Shown here one piece after another: positions 23,664 through 35,116 of a stretch of 64,000 nt of DNA. The stretch covers positions 1,984,001 through 2,048,000 of the forward strand of contig JANHCV010000001.1 in assembly GCA_025594325.1 (NCBI GenBank), given 5' to 3'. Below the pieces are notes generated by a model, which saw only the letters and a list, made by a program, of their open reading frames with translations, did not search any database and had not been told where the DNA came from. The DNA comes from Blastocladiella emersonii ATCC 22665. Its lineage: Eukaryota; Fungi; Blastocladiomycota. Position 1 is the first letter of the stretch, and the number at the start of each line of letters is the position of its first letter. The position numbers and the translations under genes are program-made.

Positions 23664-23938
23664 TTGGTTTGATTGGGTCAAGTTACATGCAACACTTGGT
23701 TGTTAGAGGAGAGAGTAGGGACGGGCCGGCACTTCAAGGAAGCGTGAGCGACGCGCAACGCAAGCACGCCGCTCCGCTCCATCCGACTTCGCCACACTTC
23801 CTTGACCCGCTTCGACTCGATTCACGAGAGAACGCCCACCGAGTTCCAAAAAAGTGTTCCTTTTATTATTTTCTTGTTGTTGTTAGCGGTGAATAAGATT
23901 AGGATAGCAAGTAGGGGAGGGGAGCGACGACACCACGA

Positions 23939-26900
23939 TTAGTCGCTGTCGCTGCCCGAGCTGCTCGACTCGTCGTCGGACCCCTCCTCGTCCGACGAGT
24001 TGCGCAGGACGCTGGTGAGCGCCTTGGGCCCCGCCGACATCGGGTGCCGGTGGTGCGGGTGCGCGTGCGGCGCGACGGCCGACGCGAGCGACGACGTGGA
24101 CGCCGCGGCGCTGGACCCGGCCGTCGACATGCCGTTGCTGCCAGCCGCGGCGGTTGCCGGCGGCGGCATCGTCGACTTGCTGGCCACCTCGGACTGCTGC
24201 GGCTGCAGGTACTGCGACGCCGTGGCGGGAGCGGGCGCCGGCGCTGGCACCGGCTGCTGCAGGGGCGCCGGGACGACGTGTTGCTGCTGCTGCTGCTCGA
24301 GCTGCTGCTGCTGGCGGAGGAGGCGCTGCTGGCGGTTCGTCTCCTCGTTGACGAGCTGCCACAGGCGGTACACGGTGTGGTTGTTGAGCGCCGAAATGTC
24401 GAGCTCAATCTCCTCGGACGAGCCCTCGAGCGCGGGCATCGACTCCTTGATGATGTCGAGCACCTCCTGCATCTTCTCGTTGGGCAGGTCGTTGATCTTC
24501 TCCGACAGCTCGCGCTTCATCTCGTACGTGACCTCGGGCTCGGGCGCAGGCGCGGGCGCCGGCGGCGGGGCCATGGGTCGCGGACCAGCCGGGCCGCGGT
24601 GGTGGTGCGGGTGCGCGTGCGGGTGGTGCGGCGCCGGGGGACCGTGGCGCGCGGGCTGGCCGCCGGGACCGCGATGACCGGGCACGCCGCCGGGCCCGCC
24701 GTGGGGTCCGGGACGGCCACCAGTCGCGCTCGGTCGCCGAGCGTTGGGACCCGACGCACTGCCGGACGGACCGCCCGTCGAGTAGTGCGAGGACGCGGCG
24801 GCGGCGGAAGCGGCGGCGGCGCGGGCCTCGCGCTTCTGGCGCTTGCGCTCGCGGTGCTGCTCCTGCAGGTCCTTGAGCTCCTTTTCGAGCAGCGCAATCT
24901 GGATCTGGGTCTGCGTGATCTTCTCCTTGACCTCGTCGTCCGACGAGTCCGAGTCGTACGCCGCGTTCGACTTGGCCTTGGGCCCGCCGGCACGCGACCG
25001 CGCGGGACCGGATGCGCCGCTGGCACCGCCGTTCTTGCGGTTCGGGCCCGACGCCGCATTGCCGCCGGGCGGGAGCGCGGGCATCGACGACGACGAGCCG
25101 GACGACGGGCCCGCGGCCGACGCGGGGATCGGGCGGTTCGCCCACTTCTGCTTGAACACGGACTCGAGGCGGTGGCCCATGATGTAGACGGGGGTGCCGG
25201 CCGGGTTGAACGTGTAGCAGTTCTGGAACATGAGGTCCATGTCGCGGCGGAAGTCGTCGGCCGACGCGTAGTACCCGTCCTCGAGCCGGCGGCGGATCGT
25301 CGACAGGTCAATGGGCGACTTGATGATCTCAAAGTACTGCGGGTACAGCTTGCGGTCGACGGGCTGCAGGAACGGCGTCGAAAACTCCTGGTACTGCTTC
25401 TTGAACAGGTCGCGCACGATCGCCATGCAGTGCTTGAGCTCCTCGGCGACGCGGCGGTGCGCCGACCCGCCCGCGGCCGACGACGCCTTACTGCGCTGGA
25501 CCGGCTCGGCCTTGATGGGGGCATCGAGCGAGGACGACGAGCCCGAGAGCGAGCTGTTGCGGCGGGCGGCAGCGGCAGCGGCGGCGGCCTTGCTGCTGGT
25601 GGAGGAGCCGGCGGGGCGCGGGGTCTTGCTGGCCGACTTGGAGCCGACGGCGCCACCGGCCGACGAGGCGGGACCGGTGCTGGTCGCATCGGCGGGCGGG
25701 AGGCGCTCGAGGTGGCGGTCGTACGACTTGCGGACCGAGAGGGCCATGGCGGCAAAGGGCGACTGCTCGCCGTTATAGCGGATGCAGTTGTCGACCATGA
25801 GGGCCACGTCGGCCGTGACGGCGTCGACCGACGTGTACTCGCGGTTGATGAGCTTGCGCTCGATCGTGGACAGGTCCATTGGGTGCTTGATGATGTGCGG
25901 GTAGTCGGGGATGTTGAGCTTGACGGGGTCGACGGGGGCGAGGAACGGGCCCGCGTCCTTGGTGCGCTTCATGTTGCGGAAGGCCGTGAGCAGGTGCTTG
26001 TTCTGGAGCGGGGTGATGGTGGACGCCGAGGGCGCGGGCCGTGGTGGGGCGGCCATGCCGCCGGAGCCGGCGAGCGAGGGGAGCGCGCCCGAGCTGGCGC
26101 CCGGGGTGCTGGCCGAGGGCGCCATGGACGCCGTGTCCGGGGTGGACCCGCGCGACGAGAGCGAGGCGACCGAGCCGGGCGGGTGGTACGGGGTATAGAC
26201 GCCGGCGGGGATGCCACCGCCGGGCGAGCTCACCGTGGCGAGCGTCGGTGCGGGGGCAGCGGCGACGGGGGCGGCGGGGGCACGGGGCTGCGACTGCTGC
26301 TGCTGCTGCGGGTGGTCGAGGCCCTGGAGCGAGCGCAGAAGCGGATTTGGCTGCGCCGGGGGCTGCTGTGCCGAGGACGACGAGAGGATGGGCGGCGGCG
26401 GCAGCGAGGCGATGGGGGCGGGCGGCAGGAAGGGGCGATCGGACGTGGGCAGCGCGTTGGGCGATCGCACGGGCGACTGTCGAAGCGGCGAGCGGCGGGG
26501 CGAGGCGGACACGGGGTGGGAAGGAGCAGCAGCAGTAAACGCGGGCGCGGGTGCGGGCGACGCGGATCGCGCAGCAGGGCCAGCGGCGGTCCGCGGTGGC
26601 GAGCGGGCGCGCGAGGGCGACAGGGGACCGTTGGGGCGCGCGGTACCGTTGGCCGAGGGCGCCAGTGGTGGCACGGCGGGGGCGGCCTGGTCCACGTCCA
26701 TGCGGTCCGACGAGGCGGGCGCGGCCGACTCGGGCGTCAGCAGGTGCGGCGAGGTCGGGCCCGCGTGGTGGTGGTGGTGGTCGGCAAACGAGGCGGCGGG
26801 CGCGGCGTTGGGTGCCGAGGGCGAGGTGCGGTCCGAGGACGCGATGGCGGCGTTGAGGTCGAGGTCGGCGAGCACCACGTCGGCGAGCCCGTCGAGGCGC

Positions 26901-27253
26901 ATCTTCTTGGCCGGGTGCGGATGCGCGGCATGGGCGTGGGCTGCTGCTGCTGGAGGCGGCGACTGGAGCGGTGGTGGAGCGTCGGGCTGGCCGTGGCCGT
27001 TGGTGTGACTGGGGCGGCGTGAGCAGGCGGGTCGAGGAGCGATGGAGGGAGGTCAGGCGCGTCAGAAAGTAGCAATGCAGGGGTAGCGGTGTCGGGTACG
27101 GTGGCGGCGAGGGGGAGAGGTGGCAACCAGCGAGGTAGAGTGGGAGGGGAGAGAGGAAGTGCAGCAGAGAAGAATGAATGCATACCCGTTGTCCGCCCAG
27201 TCCTCATCCGCGGGCCGCTTGCGCAGGTCCGCGTTGTTGGATTGCATGATCAT
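23939..27253 (-). CDS. BDF1: BET-family protein with two bromodomains and an ET domain (Bdf1-like)
   Basis: Exon 1 MIMQSNNADLRKRPADEDWADNG, intron 27009-27185. BD1 AGPFLAPVDPVKLNIPDYPHIIKHPMDLSTIE...NCIRYN; BD2 STPFLQPVD..YFEIIKSPIDLSTIR..NCYTFN; ET domain VTYEMKRELSEKINDLPNEKMQEVLDII...EIELDISAL. Confidence 0.93.
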
Positions 27254-28391
27254 TGGAGAGGGAGGCCGCGGGGCGATAAATAAGGGGGGAGGGGGAGGGG
27301 TAGAGTGGCCGAGGGGTGGTGGTGACTCGCAAGCGTGGGCGGCGAGGACAGATGCGACCGAGACGACGACAGCGGCACAGCGACGGGATGGCGGCGACGC
27401 GGTGGGTGGTAGTGGGTGTGGTGGTGGGCCGAGGTGGGTTGAGTTGAGGTTGGGCGTGAGACACGCGCGGTGACCAAAGTTGAAATCGGGGCAGGCCGGG
27501 GGGCACGCGGGTATTTGTCGGGTCGGCGGTCGAGGCCCGCGGGAAGCGAAAGGCGAAATGCGGCGGGAGAGAGGATCGCGCACGGCGCGCGCCGCCGGCT
27601 TTTGAGGGGCGGAAGGCGCCACGTGGCCGGCAAGCCCAAAGCAGCTGACCAATGGGAAGTCTCCCGCCCCGAACGCCGCGCGCCGCCCATCGCCGCCGGG
27701 GACGGCCACCGACCACGGCGCCGCGCTCGTCATCGGCGAGGAGGGCGGACCCCGCTCACATCCAGGACGGTGGGGGTGGGTCGGGCGAGGGCAAGGTCGG
27801 TGCGCGCGGGCCGTTGCAGCGGTGCAGAGGAGCAGCACCGTGCCGGAAGTGGGGGTGGTGCGGGACGGCAGCGTCGCTCTCAAGTGCTCACCTGTCGAGC
27901 AGCTCGGCGGGTCGGAGAGAAGCGCTGAGCAGGTCTGCGAGCGAGAGAGCAGCTCGAGGGGAGCCGAGCCGGCCGCGACAGCCCGGCGCGAAAAAAAGGG
28001 AGGCTTTTGACCCGCATCACGTGTGTGGTTTTTCGGGTCGCCGAATTTTGTCGCGAGGCGCGGCGTGTGTCCCACTTGGCCGACGTCGTCGTTGCCAACG
28101 CCACTCTCGTCGCCGCGCTCCGCTCCCCCTGCTCATGCACCGCCCACTGGGCTCCACGATTTCTACGCATCTGCCACGCATCAACCACCCGCATCGCCGC
28201 CGCGACCATCACGGCCTGATCACGTCGCTGTCGCTGCCGCTGCCGCTGCCGCCGACGCTGTGCCACCGCGCCCCGCTCCTTGCATCTATGCACCCTGGCC
28301 GCGCCACCGCCGCCTGAACACCACCGACCCCCGCACCGGCACCCGCCCCCGATCCGCTGAGCCCCGACGCGTCGACTGCGCCGCCGCCGCC

Positions 28392-31300
28392 ATGGCCACC
28401 ACCAGCGTCAAGGTCGCGCTGCGCGTGCGCCCGCTCACCGCAAAGGAGACGCTGGCCAACTGCTCCGAGTGCATCTCGTACATTGCCGGCGAGCCGCAGG
28501 TCATCATCGGCTCGGACCGCTCCTTCACCTTCGACCACGTCTTCTCGCCCGACACCCCGCAGGCCAACCTGTACGACGAGTCGATCGCCCCGCTGCTCGC
28601 CAAATTCCTCGAGGGCTACAACGCAACCGTCCTCGCCTACGGCCAGACTGGGTCGGGCAAGACCTACTCCATGGGCACGGGGCTCGACGGCAACGTCAAC
28701 ACCGAGAACCAGGGCATCGTGCCGCGCGCCATCCACGCCCTCTTCGCCGAGCTCCCGCACCGCTACCCGCCGCCCTCCTCGGCCCAGGTCTCCGTGTCCT
28801 TTCTCGAGCTCTACAACGAGGAGCTCATCGACCTGCTCAACCCCGCCCTCGCCTCGGCCCGCATCGATGCGCGGCCCGGATCCGCACCACCACCATCGCG
28901 ACCCGCCTCCGCCGCGCCATGGTCGCGCGGCATGGCCTCGGCCGAGTCCGGCGACTCGGCCCTCCGCATCCGCGAGGACGAGTACGGCAACATTGTCTGG
29001 GTCGGCGTGCGCGAGGAGGTTTGCGGGTCGCCCGAACAGCTACTTGGGTGCGCTCTACTTCTACTCCCACCGCGTACGAGCTGTGTCACTCACTACGTCC
29101 GCCACCCCATAGATTGCTCAACAAGGGCTCGCTGTGCCGAACCACGGGCTCCACCGACATGAACATGGTCTCGTCGCGCTCGCACGCCATCTTCTCCGTC
29201 ACCCTCCGCCTCAACAAGGTCGACACCGACGGCTTGTCCGAAAAGATCACCTGCAAGTTTCATTTCGTCGATCTCGCCGGTTCCGAACGAGTACGTCTCG
29301 GTCCTCCCCGCATCCCTCCCGCACCCGACTCACGCCCCTGTTCACCCCGCACGTAGCTCAAGAAGACCAACGCCGAGGGCGCCCGCGCCAAGGAGGGCAT
29401 TGCCATCAACAGCGGCCTGCTCGCGCTCGGCAACGTGATTTCGGCGCTCGGTGACGAGTCGCGGCTCGAAAAGGGCGTCGGCCACGTCCCCTACCGCGAC
29501 TCGAAGCTCACGCGGCTGCTGCAGGACTCGCTCGGCGGCAACTCGCAGACCATGATGCTGGCGTGCGTGTCGCCCGCCGACTCCAACTTCCAGGAGACCC
29601 TCAACACGCTTAAGTACGCCAACCGCGCCCGCAACATCAAGAACAAGGTCACCATCAACCAGCAGACCGCCGCCAACTCGGTCGAGGTCCAGCAGCTGCG
29701 CACCCAGATCGGCCGCCTCAAGCTCGAGCTGTCCACGCTCAAGGAGCAGTACGGGCTCGGCGGCGCTGGCGGCGGCGGCGGCGACGGTACCGGGTCCGGG
29801 CTCGCCGGGTCGCGCGGCGGGTCGTACGAGAACCTCAAGATGCACGAGAACCACGCCATGGCCAACGCGTCGCTGCGCGTCACCATCTCGGACCTGCAGA
29901 ACGAGCGCGACAAGCTCGAGTTCAAGATCCAGCAGCTCCAGTCGCGCATCAAGAAGCTCGAGCAGCAGCTCCTCCAAATCCAGGCCGAGCGCGACACCCT
30001 GCTCCTCGAAAAGAACGGATGGTCGCTCCCGGCCCCCGCCGCCGCGCACCCTGCCGTCGACGGCGAGGACGCCGTCATGACCGACGCCGACCCTGCCGCC
30101 ATGACTGTCAACCCGCTCGTCACGTCGTACCTGACCAAGATCACGGAGCTGCAGCACGACCTCGCCGAGCGCGAGCAGGAGCTCGCCGTCGTCCGCCAGC
30201 AGGCCGCGCTCGTCTCGTCGGCCGCCGCGGGGCTCGACCGCCACCGGTCCATGTCCATGTCCATGGGCGGCAGCAACGGCGGCGGCCGTGCGCCCAAGCC
30301 GTTCCGGTTCGTGCTCCCCGGCTCGGCCGAGGCCGCCGGCCAGGACACCACGATCCAGGCCACGCTTGACCGCGCCCGCGAGCAGTGCCAGGAGGACATG
30401 AAGTTTCTGCTGCAGGCCAACGGCAAGGGGCTGCTCGCCACGGGCAGCGGCGGCGGTACCGGGTCGGCGGCCGGCGGCGGGGTCAACGCGCTGCGCGGCG
30501 GCAGCGGGTCGCCCGACCAGGGCGGGTACGACGACCAGTCGGTGATCAGCGAGGTGGAGCGGCCCATGGTGTTCGGCGGTGCGCTCGAGGTGCCGACGTG
30601 GGCCAAGACGCCGAGCGTGATCGACGGCGGTTCCGGCGGCGGTGGCGGCGGGCAGGACGACGCGCAGAGCAGCACGTCGGTGCAGCAGCCGCCCGAGGTG
30701 CTGTACCAGGCGCTGCACAAGATCCAGGCGGACCTGCAGATCAAGGAGGAGCTGATGACGCAGCTCGAGGCGACGCAGCGCGAGTACGTGGCCATGAAGG
30801 ACACGTACGAGGACAAGTTCTCGCAGCTGCAGAACGCGCTGCAGTCGATCCGCACTGAGCGCGACCTCGCCCTCGAGCGCATACAGGGCAACCCGCGCGA
30901 GAACCCGCGCGACGTGCGCGCGAAATACGAGGCCAAGGTCAAGCAGCTGCTCGGCGAGATCTCGGCGCTCCGCCGCAACCACATTGAGGCGACCAAGACC
31001 ATGGCGTCGTCGAAAAAGGCCGAGTTCGCCCTGCGCCAGCTCAAGCTCTCGGTCGAGGCCCTCAAGGCCGAGAAGCACCGCCTCATCAAGAAGATGCGCG
31101 AGGACGCCGACAAGTCGCGCGACCAGGCGCTCGCCGCCGAGCGCGAGATCCAGAAGCTCCGCCGCAAGGAGCGCATGGCCACCGAAATGGCCAAGAAGTT
31201 TGAGCGCAACTTCGAGCTCCAGAAGGTGCTCCTCAAGCGCCGCGCCGAGGAGATCGTCGCCACCCACCAGAAACTCAAGACCGTCACCAACCTGCTCAAG

Positions 31301-33022
31301 CGCACCGCCGGCGCCAAGGCCATCTCCAAGCTCGGGCTCGCGGGGATCGGCGCGACCAGCATCGCCGCCGGCAGCAGCGGTAGTGGCGGCGGCGGGTTCG
31401 GCGCGGGCGGGCGCCGCGGGTCCGCGTCGTCGGTCGCCGCGTCCGTGTTCGGCATCGGCGCGGGCGGCGGGAACAGCCGGCCCATCTCGAGCATGTCGGC
31501 GACGTCGTTTGCCGACGAGCAGTCCGAGATTGCATTGTCGTACCGCAAGCACCAGCTGTACAAGGAGATGGAGGCGGTGGTGACGGGCCAGCAGCTGTCG
31601 CGCGAGCTCGAGCAGCTCGTGACCAAGCGCAAGCGGCTCATGGACGAGAAGCACGAGCTGCTCAACGAGCGCGAGCGCGTGGTCGCGGCCGAGGCCGAGC
31701 GCAACGGGGTCGCGCCCGACCCGAGCGCCCCGCAGTACATGGACGACCGGCTCGAGGCCATTGACGCGGAGCTGCACTACGTCGAGGTGCGCATCAAGAC
31801 GGTCACGGACGAGGCGGCCAAGGAGGACGCGGGCCACAACGGCAACGGCGTGTCCGGGTACGACGCGGTCGTGCAGCTCGTGCGCACACTCAACGCCGAC
31901 GAGGCCACGGCGCTCCTGCAGACGGTCGTCGACGACTACATCCAGGTCCAGATCACGGCGCGCAACCAGGGCATGGAGGTGCAGCGCCAGGAGTCGCAGA
32001 TCGACGGGCTCCGCAAGAACCTCCTCCTCATGCGCAAGACGGCCATGAAGAACGCCGTCGACTACGAGAAGCGCATCAAGACCATGGCCGTCAACAACTA
32101 CCTCCAGTCCGCCACCATCCCCGCGTCCGCGTCCGCCATGGACCAGCTCATGGACATTTCCGTGTTCACGCCGTCCGCCGCCGCGGGCGCCACGCCCACC
32201 AACGCGCGCAACGGCGGCGGCGCCGCCGCCGGGACCGCGGGCCAACGCGGCTCGCGCGCCACGTCGCCCACCATGGCGAGCTCGCGCCGCCAGCACCACC
32301 AGCAGCAGCAGGACGACGACGCCATGTCGATTGCGAGCTCCACGTCCAGCTCGCCCGTCAAGGGCGGCGGGTCGATCGTGTACGGGCCCGACGGGCACCC
32401 GGTCGGCCCGCGCGAGTACCGCAGCATGTCGATCAGTAGCGCGGGCAGCGCCGCGACCGCCATGACCACCAGCACCACGGCGACCAACGCCACGGCGCGC
32501 CGGCGACCCGTGTCCTCGGCGTCCTCGCAGGACGTGTTCGAGCGGCTGTCCAAGACGTTCACGGTCGCGTCCCAGCTCAAGGTGCGCGACACCGCTACCG
32601 TCACGGACGCCAACGGCAACCCGATCGCCGGAGCGGCCGGCGGGTCGTCCCTCACGCGGCGCGAGTCGCACGAGCGGCTCAACCAGTCGTACGGGACCGG
32701 CGCCGCGGGCACCGGGTCCGGGTCGACGGTCAACCTCGCGCAGATCGACGAGGAAGGGAGCGGTAGTACCGCGCGCCGTCCGTCCACGTCGCCACCACCG
32801 TCGGCCGCGCACCCAAACTCGCGGCGGCCGGGGTCGACGACCCTGGCCGCGTTCGGCACCCACGCGTCCGCGCCCTACGACGCAAGCGCTGGACAAGGTA
32901 GTAGCGGCGGCGGTGCGTCGGCTGAGATTGACTTTGACCGGCCAGCACCCGCGGCAGCACCCGGCGACCGCGACGCGCAGCAGCAGATCGTGGACGTGGT
33001 CATGGACGAGAGCTCCGGATGA
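28392..33022 (+). CDS. Kinesin-4 family motor (KIF4/KIF21/KIF27-like)
   Basis: [18 protein letters not shown]-loop [28 protein letters not shown] and [22 protein letters not shown]. The stalk segment [20 protein letters not shown] is KIF21-like. Two introns near 29049-29111 and 29293-29355. Confidence 0.92.
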
Positions 33023-33591
33023 GGGGCGGCGGGCCCGCGCCTTGTTGATATACCTCTTCTCCTCATCCTCCCGTCGCTTCGGATCCGTCGCCGCGGCCGC
33101 GGTGGAGCTTTGGTCGAACTGTTCGTGTCGCAAATTGTACCTTTACCTGTATACCTAGCGTTTAGGCTTCATGAGCGAGACATGGAGTTCTGTGAGCGAG
33201 ACCTGAGTTCCGCGAAAACGACGCGTAAGCGGGCTCGAGGTGGCGACGGTGGCCAAGAGATCAGCGGCGGGCCGCCAACTGCTACGGCGACCTTGAGTGC
33301 CGCGCCCGTTGCGCCCTCGCCGAGGACGGGCGCGCGGTGGACTGGATCGACGCGTAGCTTGACGAGGCCGGTGGCGGCGGCGGCAAGCAGCGAGGACTCG
33401 GCGCAGGACCTGCGCAACGATCGCGTCGCCGTCACGGTCTTGGTCGCTGTCAAGCGCCGCGAGCCGCCGATTCATCACGACTTCGTCAAAGTCGTGCTGA
33501 TGCTGTTCGTGATCCGGGCGAAGGCCGCCGAAGAACACGCGCGGAAGCGCAAGCGTTGGACAACCCGATGACTATATTCGCCCCAACATCA

Positions 33592-34216
<625 letters not shown>

Positions 34217-34507
34217 GATGATGATGCTTGGGTGCGGGTGGGCGGTCGATTCGTCAGCAGCTCCGTAGTGCAGCAAGTGCAGGCAGCGTGCAGATGGCGG
34301 GCGCGGCGGGGCAGGCGATCAGCGGGGAGCGGGGGCGTGGAGCCGCGCGGCGAGGGAGGCGGCTGGACGACGCGACTTCGACTTGAACGAGTGAGTCGTC
34401 ACGCCGTCACGCCGCCGCGGCGCCACGCTTCGTCGCGTCGCGTCTTCGCCCTGCCCCTCCTTATCCTCGCCCCAGCACAGTAAAAAACCCATGCTAGCCA
34501 ATGAACC

Positions 34508-35057
34508 ATGACTTTCGGCAAAGTCCCCGTCACGTCCTACGCTGCCACGCTGCAGTCCATCAACACGGACCTCGTCAAGAGTACCTCTTGGGCCCGAACT
34601 TCCTTCAGCGCCGACCTCTCCTGACCCTATGTCGATCGCTAGGCGTCGAGGCCCTGCGGCGAGACCTGCGGCACCTGACCTCGTCCATTGACCGTGCCGA
34701 GGAGCGCAAGGGCCACCTGCAGGCGCAGATCGCCGAGCTGCAGGGCGAGTTGCACGCCACGGATGCGTCGCTGCAGTCGATGCACGCCGCGCGGGAGCGG
34801 ATAGAGGCGTCGCTCTCCCAGTCAGAGCGGACCTATCAGCAGGTATGCTATCGTCGTCGCCGCGACTGCCACTCAGTGTCCACTCACGCGGCTGCGCTCA
34901 TAGATCGTCCAGTCGTCGCAGCAGCTCCTCGACCAGCTCCAGCGCGATGCGGACGCGGTACGCCATCTGCAGGTTCGTGTGAGCGGGAACCGCGCACTCG
35001 CATCCAGCAACTGACACTCGCGCTTAGTTCTCGCCGCCGCCGCCACACCACGACTGA
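34508..35057 (+). CDS. SSNA1: SSNA1/NA14/DIP13 microtubule and basal-body coiled-coil protein
   Basis: The spliced product ATLQSINTDLVK|VEALRRDLRHLTSSIDRAEERKGHLQAQIAEL...ERTYQQ|IVQSSQQLLDQLQRDA aligns by eye with SSNA1 (AALQNYNNELVKCIEEL...AYLKILESSQTLLSVLKRE). Three introns; the last exon is less certain. Confidence 0.8.
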
Positions 35058-35116
35058 GGCCCGCCAGATCCACATGAAAGCCGTTCAAATGTATATACAG
35101 TGTCTCATCTTCAAGT

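Noticed and set aside
19262-33133. Very long antisense ORFs (19262-22927, 24044-27022, 29342-33133; also 35765-38179, 39102-41645, 11705-13702)
   Set aside because: They mirror well-supported genes on the opposite strand. Strong C/G third-position bias removes antisense stop codons, and the translations are R/G/V/L-rich with no recognisable motifs.
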